A stretch of DNA of 45,884 bases from assembly GCA_963580305.1 (NCBI GenBank), contig CAUZJY010000001.1, positions 1 to 45,884 on the forward strand, in the 5' to 3' direction. The notes beneath the pieces were generated by a model. It was not told the origin of the DNA, searched no databases, and saw only the letters and a program-made list of their open reading frames with translations. Positions 27,262 to 35,565 of the stretch are shown here, in pieces (positions within the stretch are counted from its first letter, which is position 1; every line of letters starts with the position of its first letter). This DNA comes from Gemmatimonadales bacterium UBA6960 (GTDB lineage: Bacteria > Gemmatimonadota > Gemmatimonadetes > Longimicrobiales > Gaopeijiaceae). Made by a program: the position numbers and the translations under genes.

Positions 27262-30200
27262 CGCGAGGCCGTCGCGTCGGCGGGGTGCGGCTGGAGCCCG
27301 GGGACGGAGAGCGCGACCAGCTTGTCGTCGGCCGCGTCGGTCACGTAGAGCCAGCCGCTCGCAGGCGCGAACGCCACCCGGGCGGGCACGAGCAGCGTCT
27401 CGCCCGCCTCCACGCGGTACATGACGCCGTCCGGCCCGATGCGGCGCACTACCGCGTTGTAGGAGTCCGCGATAAAGAGCGTGAGCCCTCCGGCTCCGGG
27501 CAGCAGCGCGATTCCGGTCGGCGCCGAGAGCGCTCCCTCCGTCGCGGGAACGGCATCCGGCGCGTTGCCGAAGGCGCCACTCCCCGCGACCGTGCGGATC
27601 CGTCCGGTCGCCCGGTCGACCACTCGGATGCGGTTGTGGTGTGTGTCCGCGACGTAGAGATCGCCGTCGGGGCCGAGCGCGACGTCGCTCGGCATGAAGA
27701 GGCGCGCCTCGGTGGCCGACCGCCCGTCCCCGACGGGGCCGTCCTCGGCGACCCGGCCGTTCCCGGCCACCGTGGAGACCAGACCGGTGACGTGGTCGAT
27801 CCGGCGGATGCGGTTGTTCATGGTGTCCGCGACGTAGATGTCGCCGTTCGGCGCGCAGGCGACCGCGGAGGGCTGGTCGAAGGCGGTCTCGAGCGCGGGC
27901 AGCCCGTCCCCGTTCCACCCCGGCACGCCGGAGCCCGCGATGGTCGTGATCACCCCCGTCTCCCGGTCGATGCGCCGGATCCGGTGGTTCTCGGAGTCGG
28001 CCACGATCAGGTCGCCGTCGGGCGCGAACGCGATCCCGTCCGGCTCGGCGAGCTGCGCGCGCGCGGCGGGACCGCCGTCGCCGGTGAAGCCCGCGCCCCG
28101 TCCCGGATCGCCCGCGTAGGTCGCCGACGTGAGCGTGGTGGCGTCGATGCGGCGGATCGCGTCGCTGTGCGCGTCGGCCAGATAGATGTGCCCGGCCGGT
28201 CCGATCGCGAGCCCGCCGGGGGTGTCGAGCCACGCTGACATGCGCGGCCCGTACTGGATAACCTGCGAGATCGCGGCGTCGCGCAGCAGGAACGTGCTCG
28301 CGCCGAGCGAGAGGATCGTGAGCACGAACAAGGGGGCGCTCCGGAGCCCGTACGTGCTCAGGAGCGAGGGGGCGAGCAGCGGCGCGCGTGCGGGCTCGGG
28401 GCGGAGCGGCGCCAGCGCGAGCGCGGCCGAGACGCGCTCGAGCGCCTGGCGCACAGTGGCCGCAGCCCGCGCGGTGCGGGCCCAGACGAAGACCCCCAGA
28501 CCGAGCGTGAGCCCCGCGGCCGCGACCCCAGCGGCCGGCCAGCGGTACGCGAAGCCCGCGCTCGCCGCGACCGTGAGTGCGAGGCCGAGCGCCACCGCGG
28601 CAGCCACCCCGAGCGCGGTCGGGCGCAGGTGTGTCCCGATCCGGATCAGGCACTTCCCGTCCCGGTGCTCCTCGACCAGCGCGCGCAGGTCGAGCCACGC
28701 CCAGCGCCCGACCAGCACGCTCACGTCGCGGTCCGCCGACCAGCCGTCGTCGACCGCGACTGTGCACGCCGGACGCGCCCGGCGCAGCCGCTCGGTCAGG
28801 CGCGCGAGCAATCCCTCGACCGCCGCCCAGCGCTCGCTCCAGAAGCGGTCCTCGGCGGCGCCCCCTGAGGCAAGCAGCAGCCCGCGGCGGACGTCCCGTA
28901 CCCCTGGCCGGATCTCCATCGTCGGGCGTGCGGCTTGGGGACCGCGCACGACCTCCGGCGGCGCGAGCATTCCGCGTACGCGCCCCCACGCGCGCGCGAG
29001 CGGCTGCACGAAGTGCAGGTAGGCGATCGTTGCGCGGTGCCGCAGGTGTGAGCCGGGCACACCGCTCAGGTCCGACCGGAGCGCATAGGCCGCGTTACGC
29101 GCGAGCGTGACCGCCAGCCCGGCGAGCCCCGCGGCGAGCAGCGCGGGGCTCGCCCAGACGCCAGTCCCCGCCAGCCCGAGCGCCATCAGCAGCACTCCCA
29201 CGAGCACGAGGGTGAGCGAGAGTGCCTGCCAGCGGATCGAGTGCGGCATGAACGCGAAGGGGTGCACGTCGGTGCGGTAGACCGAGGGGAACGCGGCTGT
29301 CCCCCACACACCGGCGTTCACGCGCGTCCCCGCGAGCGAGCGCACGAAGGGAAGGGGCGAGTAGATGCGTCCGCGCCAGCGCATCTTCCCCTCGAGGAAC
29401 TGCTCGGGGTGATGCGCCATCAGCCAGGTCTCACCCTCGCCGTAGCCGACCTGCTGCCGCCAGTACGCGCGCACGCTGGCGCGGTGGTGGTGCCAGACCA
29501 GCGCGGCGGGAGCGAAGCCGATCCTCCACCCGCGCCCCTGGAGCTGCCAGCAGATGTCGACGTCGTCGCCGGCGCGCACGTAGATCGGATCGAAGCCGCC
29601 GACCTCGAGGAGCGTGGCGCGCCGGAAGGCCATGTTGCAGCCCGGGACGTGCTCGGCCGTGCGGTCGTCGAGCAGGACGTGCGTGGGCCCTCCCGGCGCA
29701 CGCGCGACGCACTGCGCGATGGGCGGATCGTCCGCGGGGACCACGTTGGGTCCGCCCGAGCCCACCACGTCGGGGGCGTCCAGCAGCGGCTGCATCAGGA
29801 AGGTGAGCCAGTCCGGGTCGGCGCGCACATCCGCGTCCGTGTACGCCACGATCTCCCCGGTCGCGGCCGCGAGGCCCACGTTCCGGGCCGCGCTGAGCCC
29901 CTGGTTCGGAGTGTCGATCACGCGCAGCCGGCCGTCAGTCCGGGCGTGGCGGCGCGCGATCTCGCCGGTGGCGTCGTGCGAGCCGTCGTTCACCAGGACG
30001 ATCTCGTAGTCCGGGTAGTCGAGCGCCGCGAGCGAGCTCAGGCAGTCCTCGAGCGTGTCCGCGGCGTCGTACGCGCACACGACCACGGAGACGCGCGGCC
30101 AGCGTTCCCGGACGGCGGTGGGATAGGGCGCGTCTGCGAATGCCGCAGCGACCGCAGCCGCGGCGGGCTTGGGCCGGCGCTCCCGGTCCACCAGCCCGAA

Positions 30201-31160
30201 GGCCCAGTCGTCCACCGCGCGTCCTCCCCGCCACCATTCGTCCGTCCAGGCGTACGCGACCGCGCCGCACGCGCCCTCCTCGAGTGCCGCGCGCACGTGC
30301 ATCTCGGTGATCGCGGCCTGCCCCTCCGCGCCCTCGCGGATGCTGTCCGCGCCTGCCTCGGCGAGCAGAAGCGGCTTGTGTCCGGCCAGGTGCTGGAGGC
30401 GCGCCAGGTAGGCCCGCAGCTCCGGTTCCCGGTGCAGGTAGATGTTGAACGCGCAGACGTCGAAGGAGGAGAGATCGAGGTACTCGGTGGGCGGGAAGTT
30501 CACATACGTGAACAGGCTCTCCGGCGCCGCCCCCTTGGCGTCCGCGTAGAGCTCGCGCAGAAACCGCTCGACCCGGAGCCGTCCGTGCCAGCGCACCACC
30601 CCGGCCGGGATCTCGCTGCCGAGCGCGAACAGGAGCGCCGCGGGATGGTCGCCGAGTGCGCGCACGTGGGCGACGAGGTCGCGCCGGATCGCGCGCGTGA
30701 GGCGGCGGTCGTCCAGGAACGCCACGTGCTGCGACCACGGGAGCCCCACCATGACGCGCAGCCCGTGGCGGGCGGCTTCATCGAGCAGGGCCGGGCGCGG
30801 GGGCGTGTAGACCCGGACCGTATTGATCCCGAGCGCCGCCATCGCGGCGAAGTCCTCGGCCACCCGTTCCGCCTCGGGAAAGTGGTCCCCCTTCCCGTCC
30901 GGGGCGAAGGTGCCGTAGCTGACGCCCTTGATCCGGAAGCGCTCCCCGCCCGCCGCGCCGCCGCCCGACCCCCGCCGAGCCTGGCCCGTCTCCCCCAGGA
31001 CGCGCAGGAACTTGCCGTCCACGACGACGCGGGCGGCGAGGCCGGCACCCCTCTGCGAGAGGGGGTCTGGGTGGCGTGGAATGGACACGAAGACGGAGTG
31101 CAGCTGGGGAGCGCGCCGGCGGCCGCCGGGACGGGCGGAGCGAGCGGTCCGGGGGAGCAA
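27258..31160 (-). CDS. 1300-aa fusion: TIM-barrel glycoside-hydrolase-like domain + GT2 synthase + multi-TM region + C-terminal NHL-repeat beta-propeller
   Basis: GH-like block RIKGVSYGTF..GINTVRVYTPP..LLLAEAGADS. GT2 block VSVVVCAYDAADTL..IVLVNDGSHD..AYTDADV..GCNMAFRR..DVDICWQL..WRQQVGYGEG. Several hydrophobic helices. Repeated ..DGDLYVADTHHNRIRVVD.. NHL-type units. TTG start at 31160 is uncertain. Confidence 0.8.
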   Translation of the reverse strand: MLPRTARSARPGGRRRAPQLHSVFVSIPRHPDPLSQRGAGLAARVVVDGKFLRVLGETGQARRGSGGGAAGGERFRIKGVSYGTFAPDGKGDHFPEAERVAEDFAAMAALGINTVRVYTPPRPALLDEAARHGLRVMVGLPWSQHVAFLDDRRLTRAIRRDLVAHVRALGDHPAALLFALGSEIPAGVVRWHGRLRVERFLRELYADAKGAAPESLFTYVNFPPTEYLDLSSFDVCAFNIYLHREPELRAYLARLQHLAGHKPLLLAEAGADSIREGAEGQAAITEMHVRAALEEGACGAVAYAWTDEWWRGGRAVDDWAFGLVDRERRPKPAAAAVAAAFADAPYPTAVRERWPRVSVVVCAYDAADTLEDCLSSLAALDYPDYEIVLVNDGSHDATGEIARRHARTDGRLRVIDTPNQGLSAARNVGLAAATGEIVAYTDADVRADPDWLTFLMQPLLDAPDVVGSGGPNVVPADDPPIAQCVARAPGGPTHVLLDDRTAEHVPGCNMAFRRATLLEVGGFDPIYVRAGDDVDICWQLQGRGWRIGFAPAALVWHHHRASVRAYWRQQVGYGEGETWLMAHHPEQFLEGKMRWRGRIYSPLPFVRSLAGTRVNAGVWGTAAFPSVYRTDVHPFAFMPHSIRWQALSLTLVLVGVLLMALGLAGTGVWASPALLAAGLAGLAVTLARNAAYALRSDLSGVPGSHLRHRATIAYLHFVQPLARAWGRVRGMLAPPEVVRGPQAARPTMEIRPGVRDVRRGLLLASGGAAEDRFWSERWAAVEGLLARLTERLRRARPACTVAVDDGWSADRDVSVLVGRWAWLDLRALVEEHRDGKCLIRIGTHLRPTALGVAAAVALGLALTVAASAGFAYRWPAAGVAAAGLTLGLGVFVWARTARAAATVRQALERVSAALALAPLRPEPARAPLLAPSLLSTYGLRSAPLFVLTILSLGASTFLLRDAAISQVIQYGPRMSAWLDTPGGLAIGPAGHIYLADAHSDAIRRIDATTLTSATYAGDPGRGAGFTGDGGPAARAQLAEPDGIAFAPDGDLIVADSENHRIRRIDRETGVITTIAGSGVPGWNGDGLPALETAFDQPSAVACAPNGDIYVADTMNNRIRRIDHVTGLVSTVAGNGRVAEDGPVGDGRSATEARLFMPSDVALGPDGDLYVADTHHNRIRVVDRATGRIRTVAGSGAFGNAPDAVPATEGALSAPTGIALLPGAGGLTLFIADSYNAVVRRIGPDGVMYRVEAGETLLVPARVAFAPASGWLYVTDAADDKLVALSVPGLQPHPADATASR

Positions 31161-31166
31161 AAACAG

Positions 31167-31185
31167 TCTATAGATACACCGGTGT
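31167..31185. promoter_or_regulatory. Two adjacent palindromes in the divergent intergenic region (possible operator)
   Basis: TCTATAGA (31167-31174) and ACACCGGTGT (31176-31185) in a locally AT-rich stretch just upstream of the giant synthase gene. Confidence 0.25.
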
Positions 31186-31289
31186 GGTCAAGGATGTCCG
31201 GTCAGGTGCGGCCGCGGGGCCGACCTCTGGCCACTCCGGCGCGGCCGTTGCGGCCACCCGGAGGGAGACAGCCCAACCGGAGGACGACC

Positions 31290-31391
31290 ATGGCTGACGA
31301 TCTGAAGGGCAAGGCCCGCCACGCAGGTGGGAAGATCAAGGAGGGCGCCGGAGAGGTGCTGGGGGACCGCAAGCTCCTGCGCTCTCCTTGA
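31290..31391 (+). pseudogene. Truncated CsbD-like stress protein (33 codons)
   Basis: GGAGG 6 nt before the ATG. MADDLKGKARHAGGKIKEGAGEVLGDRKL matches the first half of CsbD-family proteins, then diverges and stops at about half the normal length. Confidence 0.5.
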
Positions 31392-31422
31392 TACTCGCGC
31401 GGACCTCGGCAGATGTTGGCCC

Positions 31423-32031
31423 ATGGCGTCCGCCCTCCTCCTGTCAGCGGTCCTGCTGCACGCCCAGGTTCTCGGGGCCACTGTCTCCGGCCTGGTGACC
31501 GACGCGGACACCGGGGCGCCGCTTGCCGGCGCGGTGGTGGAGCTGCCCGACCTGGTACGGGTGGCGGTCACCGACGACGCCGGCCGGTACGAGCTCCAGC
31601 GGGTCGCGAGTGGGCCGCAGCACCTGTTCGCCCGCCTCACCGTCGACTCGAGCTACTGGGCCCTGCTCGTTCCGATGATCGTGTCCGGCGCGGGAATGGC
31701 GATGACCATGACCCCGGCCACCGCGGCGGCCATGTCGTCGGTGCGGCCGGACAAGGCGGGGGTGGGCTCCGCCGTGCTCAACAGCGCGCGGCAGGTCGGC
31801 GCCTCGATCGGGATCGCCGTCACGGGGGCGGTGGTGGCCTCGCGCCTCACGGCTGCGCTCGCGCTGGGAGCGCCTCGTCCGGTCGCCTTCGTCCGGGGGA
31901 TGCACGGTGGGTTCCTGTTCTCGGCCGCGAGCGCGTTGGCTGGCTCGGAGATCGCGTTCGCCACGCTGCGCGTGCACGTCGGCCCTGCGGTCCCCAGCAC
32001 TCCGGTCGGCGCGCCGATCCCGCTCGAGTAG
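31423..32031 (+). pseudogene. Chimeric ORF: TonB-dependent-receptor N-terminus fused in frame to an MFS-transporter C-terminus
   Basis: Signal peptide plus carboxypeptidase-regulatory-like domain (ATVSGLVTDADTGAPLAGAVVELP..TDDAGRYEL). Around 31628-31650 it switches to DHA2-type MFS TM helices (SYWALLVPMIVSGAGMAMTMTPATAAAMSSVRPDKAGVGSAVLNSARQVGASIG). Confidence 0.6.
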
Positions 32032-32058
32032 TCATCGATTTCCGCGCGGACCCCGGGA

Positions 32059-32301
32059 TTGCAGGAGCCGCGGCGGGGGTTTCCCGCTGAACCTGCGACG
32101 GAGAGACGACCGAAGCTGTCCTGCCGAAACACCCGCCTGGGCGCCGCCTTGCTCGGCACCGCGCTGTTCCTCGCCTGCGGCGGGGAGGAAATCGACGAGT
32201 TCGAGGAGACGACGGAGGACGTTCCGCCCCTGCCCCCGATCGCGGGCGACACGATGGGCGGAGATACCGTTCCGGGCGATACGGTCGGCACTGCGCCCTG
32301 A
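32059..32301 (+). CDS. Possible small acidic lipoprotein
   Basis: Lipobox-like LGTALFLAC-GGEE followed by an acidic, Pro/Thr-rich tail. TTG start with no clear SD. Confidence 0.3.
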   Translation: MQEPRRGFPAEPATERRPKLSCRNTRLGAALLGTALFLACGGEEIDEFEETTEDVPPLPPIAGDTMGGDTVPGDTVGTAP

Positions 32302-32401
32302 GCCGCACTCCGCGGCGAACAACACGACTGGGCCCCCGATGAGGGCGGCTTTCGCCTAGCTTGCCTTCCAGCGAGGTTGCGGAGATGACGGAGCTCCGCT
32401 C

Positions 32402-34255
32402 GTGAGCCTCGACGATCCTGCCTTCACCTTCGGCCTGGCGCTCTCAGGGGGGATGATTGCGCAGGTGATCGCCCAGCACCTGCGGGTGCCGGGGATCGTC
32501 GTGCTGCTGGTGGTCGGCGTCCTGCTCGGACCCGACGTCGCCAACCTGGTGCGACCCTCCACGCTCGGCGAGGGACTCCACCTGATCGTCGGGATCTCGG
32601 TGGCGGTGATCCTGTTTGAGGGCGGGATGCACCTCGAGCTGCACCGACTCCGGCACGAAGCGCTCGCCATCCGTCGCCTGGTCACCTGGGGAGCGTTCGT
32701 CACCGCGGCCGGGGGCGCGCTGGCCGGGCGCTACGTGATGGGCTGGCCCTGGCAGGTCGCGATCCCGTTCGGCATCCTGGTCATCGTCACCGGGCCGACG
32801 GTCATCACTCCGCTCCTGCGCCGGCTGCGGATCAAGCGCAACCTGCACACCATCCTCGAGGCCGAGGGCGTCCTGATCGACCCGATCGGCGCGATCGTCG
32901 CAGTGGTCGCGCTCGAGGTGGTGCTCGCCCAGGAGCTGCCGGTGGCTGCCCGCGGGCTGGTCGGCATCCCCACGCGCTTGTTGATCGGATTCGCGATCGG
33001 TGTGGTGGGTGGCGTCCTGATCGGACGCCTGCTCGCGTGGGAGAAGGTCATCCCCGAGCGTTATGCGAGCATCACGACGCTCGCGCTACTCCTCGGCCTC
33101 TATTCGCTTTCCGAAGCGATCATCCCCCAGAGCGGCATCATGACCGCGCCGATCGCCGGCATGGCGGTGGGGAACATGCCCACGCGCTCCAGTCAGGAGC
33201 TCAAGGAGTTCAAGGAGCAGCTCACCGTGCTGCTGATCGGACTGCTGTTCGTCCTGCTGGCAGCCGACGTGCGCATCGAGGAGGTGATGGGGCTCGGCTG
33301 GCCCGGGATCGCCACCGCCGCGCTGCTCATGTTCGTGGTGCGCCCGATCGACGTGGCCGTGAGTACGATCGGATCGTCGCTCACCCTCCGAGAGAAGGCG
33401 TTCCTCGCGTGGCTCGGTCCGCGCGGGATCGTGGCCGCGGCCGTGGCTTCGCTGTTTGCACAGGCGTTCACCGCGGAGGGGATGGCGGAGGGACGCGAGC
33501 TGCGCGCGCTGGTGTTCCTGGTTATCGCGGCCACCGTGGTGGTGCAGGGGCTTGGCGGAGGGCTGGTGGCGAGCCTGCTCGGGGTGCGGCGACCGTCCAA
33601 TCGGGGCTACCTGATCGCGGGCGCGAACCCGGTCGCGCGCGAGCTCGCCCGCGCGCTCCGCGCGTCGGGGCAGGACGTCATCCTAGTGGAGACTGACGGC
33701 GCCGAGGTCGCCGCGGCCATGCGCGAGGGGTTGCCGGTGCTTCAGGGAAACGCGCTCGAAGAGGACGTCCTCGAGCTGGGGGAGCTGGGGGCGCGGCGGG
33801 GCGTGATCGGTCTGATCCGCAACGAAGGCGTGAGTCTGTTGGTAGCCGAGAAGGCGCGCCGCGATTTCCGCGTCGAGACCGCGCAGATCGCGTTCCGGCC
33901 CGATCAGGCCTCGGTGCCGGTGGAGAGCGTGCGCGCGGTCCGCGCGCGCACGCTCTTCGGCATCGAGACCGACATCGGATACTGGTCGCGCGAGGTGAGG
34001 GCCGGCCGGGCGCGCAGCTGCAAGTACCGGCTCGCCGGGGAGAAGGAGCTGGAGCCTGCCGAGCTGGGAAGCGCGGGCGGAGCGCTCCCGCTCGTGATCG
34101 AGCGGAAGGGGCAGGCCGTACCCATCGACGACCAGACTCGCATTCGGCCCGGCGACGTGATCACCCTACTCCAGCACTCCGACGTCGTACGCCCACCATC
34201 GCTGCTGCTGGAGCCGGTCGGGGATCCGTCCCCCCTGACTTCGGCGGTCGAGTGA
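32402..34255 (+). CDS. Cation:proton antiporter (CPA1, Na+/H+ exchanger) with C-terminal TrkA-N/TrkA-C (RCK) domains
   Basis: Na_H_exchanger blocks GPDVANLV, ILFEGGMHL, IVTGPTVITPLLRRL, EAEGVLIDPIGAIVA, then GYLIAGANPVARELARAL..VILVETD and a TrkA-C-like tail. Confidence 0.88.
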   Translation: MSLDDPAFTFGLALSGGMIAQVIAQHLRVPGIVVLLVVGVLLGPDVANLVRPSTLGEGLHLIVGISVAVILFEGGMHLELHRLRHEALAIRRLVTWGAFVTAAGGALAGRYVMGWPWQVAIPFGILVIVTGPTVITPLLRRLRIKRNLHTILEAEGVLIDPIGAIVAVVALEVVLAQELPVAARGLVGIPTRLLIGFAIGVVGGVLIGRLLAWEKVIPERYASITTLALLLGLYSLSEAIIPQSGIMTAPIAGMAVGNMPTRSSQELKEFKEQLTVLLIGLLFVLLAADVRIEEVMGLGWPGIATAALLMFVVRPIDVAVSTIGSSLTLREKAFLAWLGPRGIVAAAVASLFAQAFTAEGMAEGRELRALVFLVIAATVVVQGLGGGLVASLLGVRRPSNRGYLIAGANPVARELARALRASGQDVILVETDGAEVAAAMREGLPVLQGNALEEDVLELGELGARRGVIGLIRNEGVSLLVAEKARRDFRVETAQIAFRPDQASVPVESVRAVRARTLFGIETDIGYWSREVRAGRARSCKYRLAGEKELEPAELGSAGGALPLVIERKGQAVPIDDQTRIRPGDVITLLQHSDVVRPPSLLLEPVGDPSPLTSAVE

Positions 34256-34291
34256 CCGTGTCCGCGCCGAGCACCCCGCGTGCGGGTCCCC

Positions 34292-35209
34292 TCAGGCCGT
34301 GGAATCGTTCGGTACGAAGAGCGGTGTGGTGAGGTAGCGCGCGCCGGAGTCGGGCGAAATGCACGCCACCCGGTGTCCGGTGCCCAGCTCGCGCGCGACG
34401 TTCAGAGCCGCCTCCACGATCGCCCCGCTGCTCATCCCGACGAACAGTCCCTCCTCGCGCGCCAGCCGGCGGGACACGTCGAAGGCGGTCTCCTCCCACG
34501 CCTTCACCATCCGATCGATGAGGGAGCGATCGAGGTTGGGCGGCACGAATCCCGGGCCCATCCCCTGGAACTGGTGCTGGCCGCGGGGCTCGCCATGCAG
34601 CACCGCGCTCCGCCCCGGCTCCACCGTGACGATCAGCACGTCCTCCAGCCGCTCCTTCAGGAAGCGCCCGACCCCGCTGATCGTGCCGCCCGTGCCCGAG
34701 CCGTACACGAACGCGTCGATGCGCCCACCCAGCGCTTCCCACAGCTCCGGAGCGGTCGTCTCGTAATGCGCGCGCGGGTTGGCGGGGTTGTCGAACTGGT
34801 TGGGGAGGAACGCACCCTGCTCGTCGCGGATCCGCTCTGCCTCGGCGATCGCGCCGATCATGCGGAGCTCCGGATCGGTGAGCACGAGCTTGGCACCGTA
34901 CGCCTCGAGCGTGCGCTTGCGCTCCTCGCTCATCTGCGCCGGCAGCGTGAGGATCAGCTTATAGCCCCGGGCCGAGGTGATCTGCGCCAGCCCGATCCCG
35001 GTGTTGCCCGACGTAGGCTCGACGATCGTGTCGCCGGGCTGGATCAGCCCGCGCCGCTCCGCGTCCGCGATCATGGCGAGCGCCGGACGGTCCTTGATCG
35101 ACCCGCCCGGGTTCATTCCCTCGACCTTGATCCAAACCTCGGCCATGCCGGGCTCCACGATCCGCTCCAGCCGGACCGTGGGAGTGCGTCCGATGAAGTG
35201 GTCGATCAT
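34292..35209 (-). CDS. cysK: Cysteine synthase (O-acetylserine sulfhydrylase)
   Basis: NPGGSIKDRPALAMI (PLP lysine), EPTSGNTGIGLA, GSGTGGTISGVG, GMSSGA. A CysM assignment cannot be excluded. Confidence 0.9.
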   Translation of the reverse strand: MIDHFIGRTPTVRLERIVEPGMAEVWIKVEGMNPGGSIKDRPALAMIADAERRGLIQPGDTIVEPTSGNTGIGLAQITSARGYKLILTLPAQMSEERKRTLEAYGAKLVLTDPELRMIGAIAEAERIRDEQGAFLPNQFDNPANPRAHYETTAPELWEALGGRIDAFVYGSGTGGTISGVGRFLKERLEDVLIVTVEPGRSAVLHGEPRGQHQFQGMGPGFVPPNLDRSLIDRMVKAWEETAFDVSRRLAREEGLFVGMSSGAIVEAALNVARELGTGHRVACISPDSGARYLTTPLFVPNDSTA

Positions 35210-35369
35210 GCGCGGCTCGCGCTGCGAGGAGGGCCGAGGAATCGGCGGTGGCGACGCCCAACAGGGCGATTCCGGTCAGGACCGGTCAAGGGCCGGTGGC
35301 ACCTTGCGCCCGCGCGGCTGGCGGGTCGATCTTCTGGCGTTCAATGCCCCTGTACGGCTTGGAGCACGC

Positions 35370-35447
35370 ATGATGCGCCGTCCGAACAACCGGAACAATC
35401 CCAATCGCCGGCTCCCCGGGAGTTGCCGGCTCGGATTGACTCCGTAG
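35370..35447 (+). CDS. Candidate asnB leader peptide, 25 aa, Asn-rich (MMRRPNNRNNPNRRLPGSCRLGLTP)
   Basis: GGAG 5 nt upstream of ATGATG. Five Asn codons (AAC AAC . AAC AAT . AAT) at 35385-35405. Stop at 35445-35447, 26 nt before the terminator stem. Confidence 0.55.
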   Translation: MMRRPNNRNNPNRRLPGSCRLGLTP

Positions 35448-35473
35448 CGGTACGCGGACAGATCCAAAGGCCG

Positions 35474-35510
35474 AGAGGCGGCTCCCCGCGGGAGCCGCCT
35501 CTTTCGTTGT
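35474..35510 (+). terminator. Intrinsic terminator/attenuator in the asnB leader
   Basis: Perfect 13-bp stem AGAGGCGGCTCCC (35474-35486) / GGGAGCCGCCTCT (35490-35502), loop CGC, followed by TTCGTTGT. It lies 56 nt upstream of the asnB ATG. Confidence 0.7.
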
Positions 35511-35565
35511 CGGATTGGCGTCGCCGCGGGAGCACCACCCCAACACGCAGCAGGGAAACACATCC

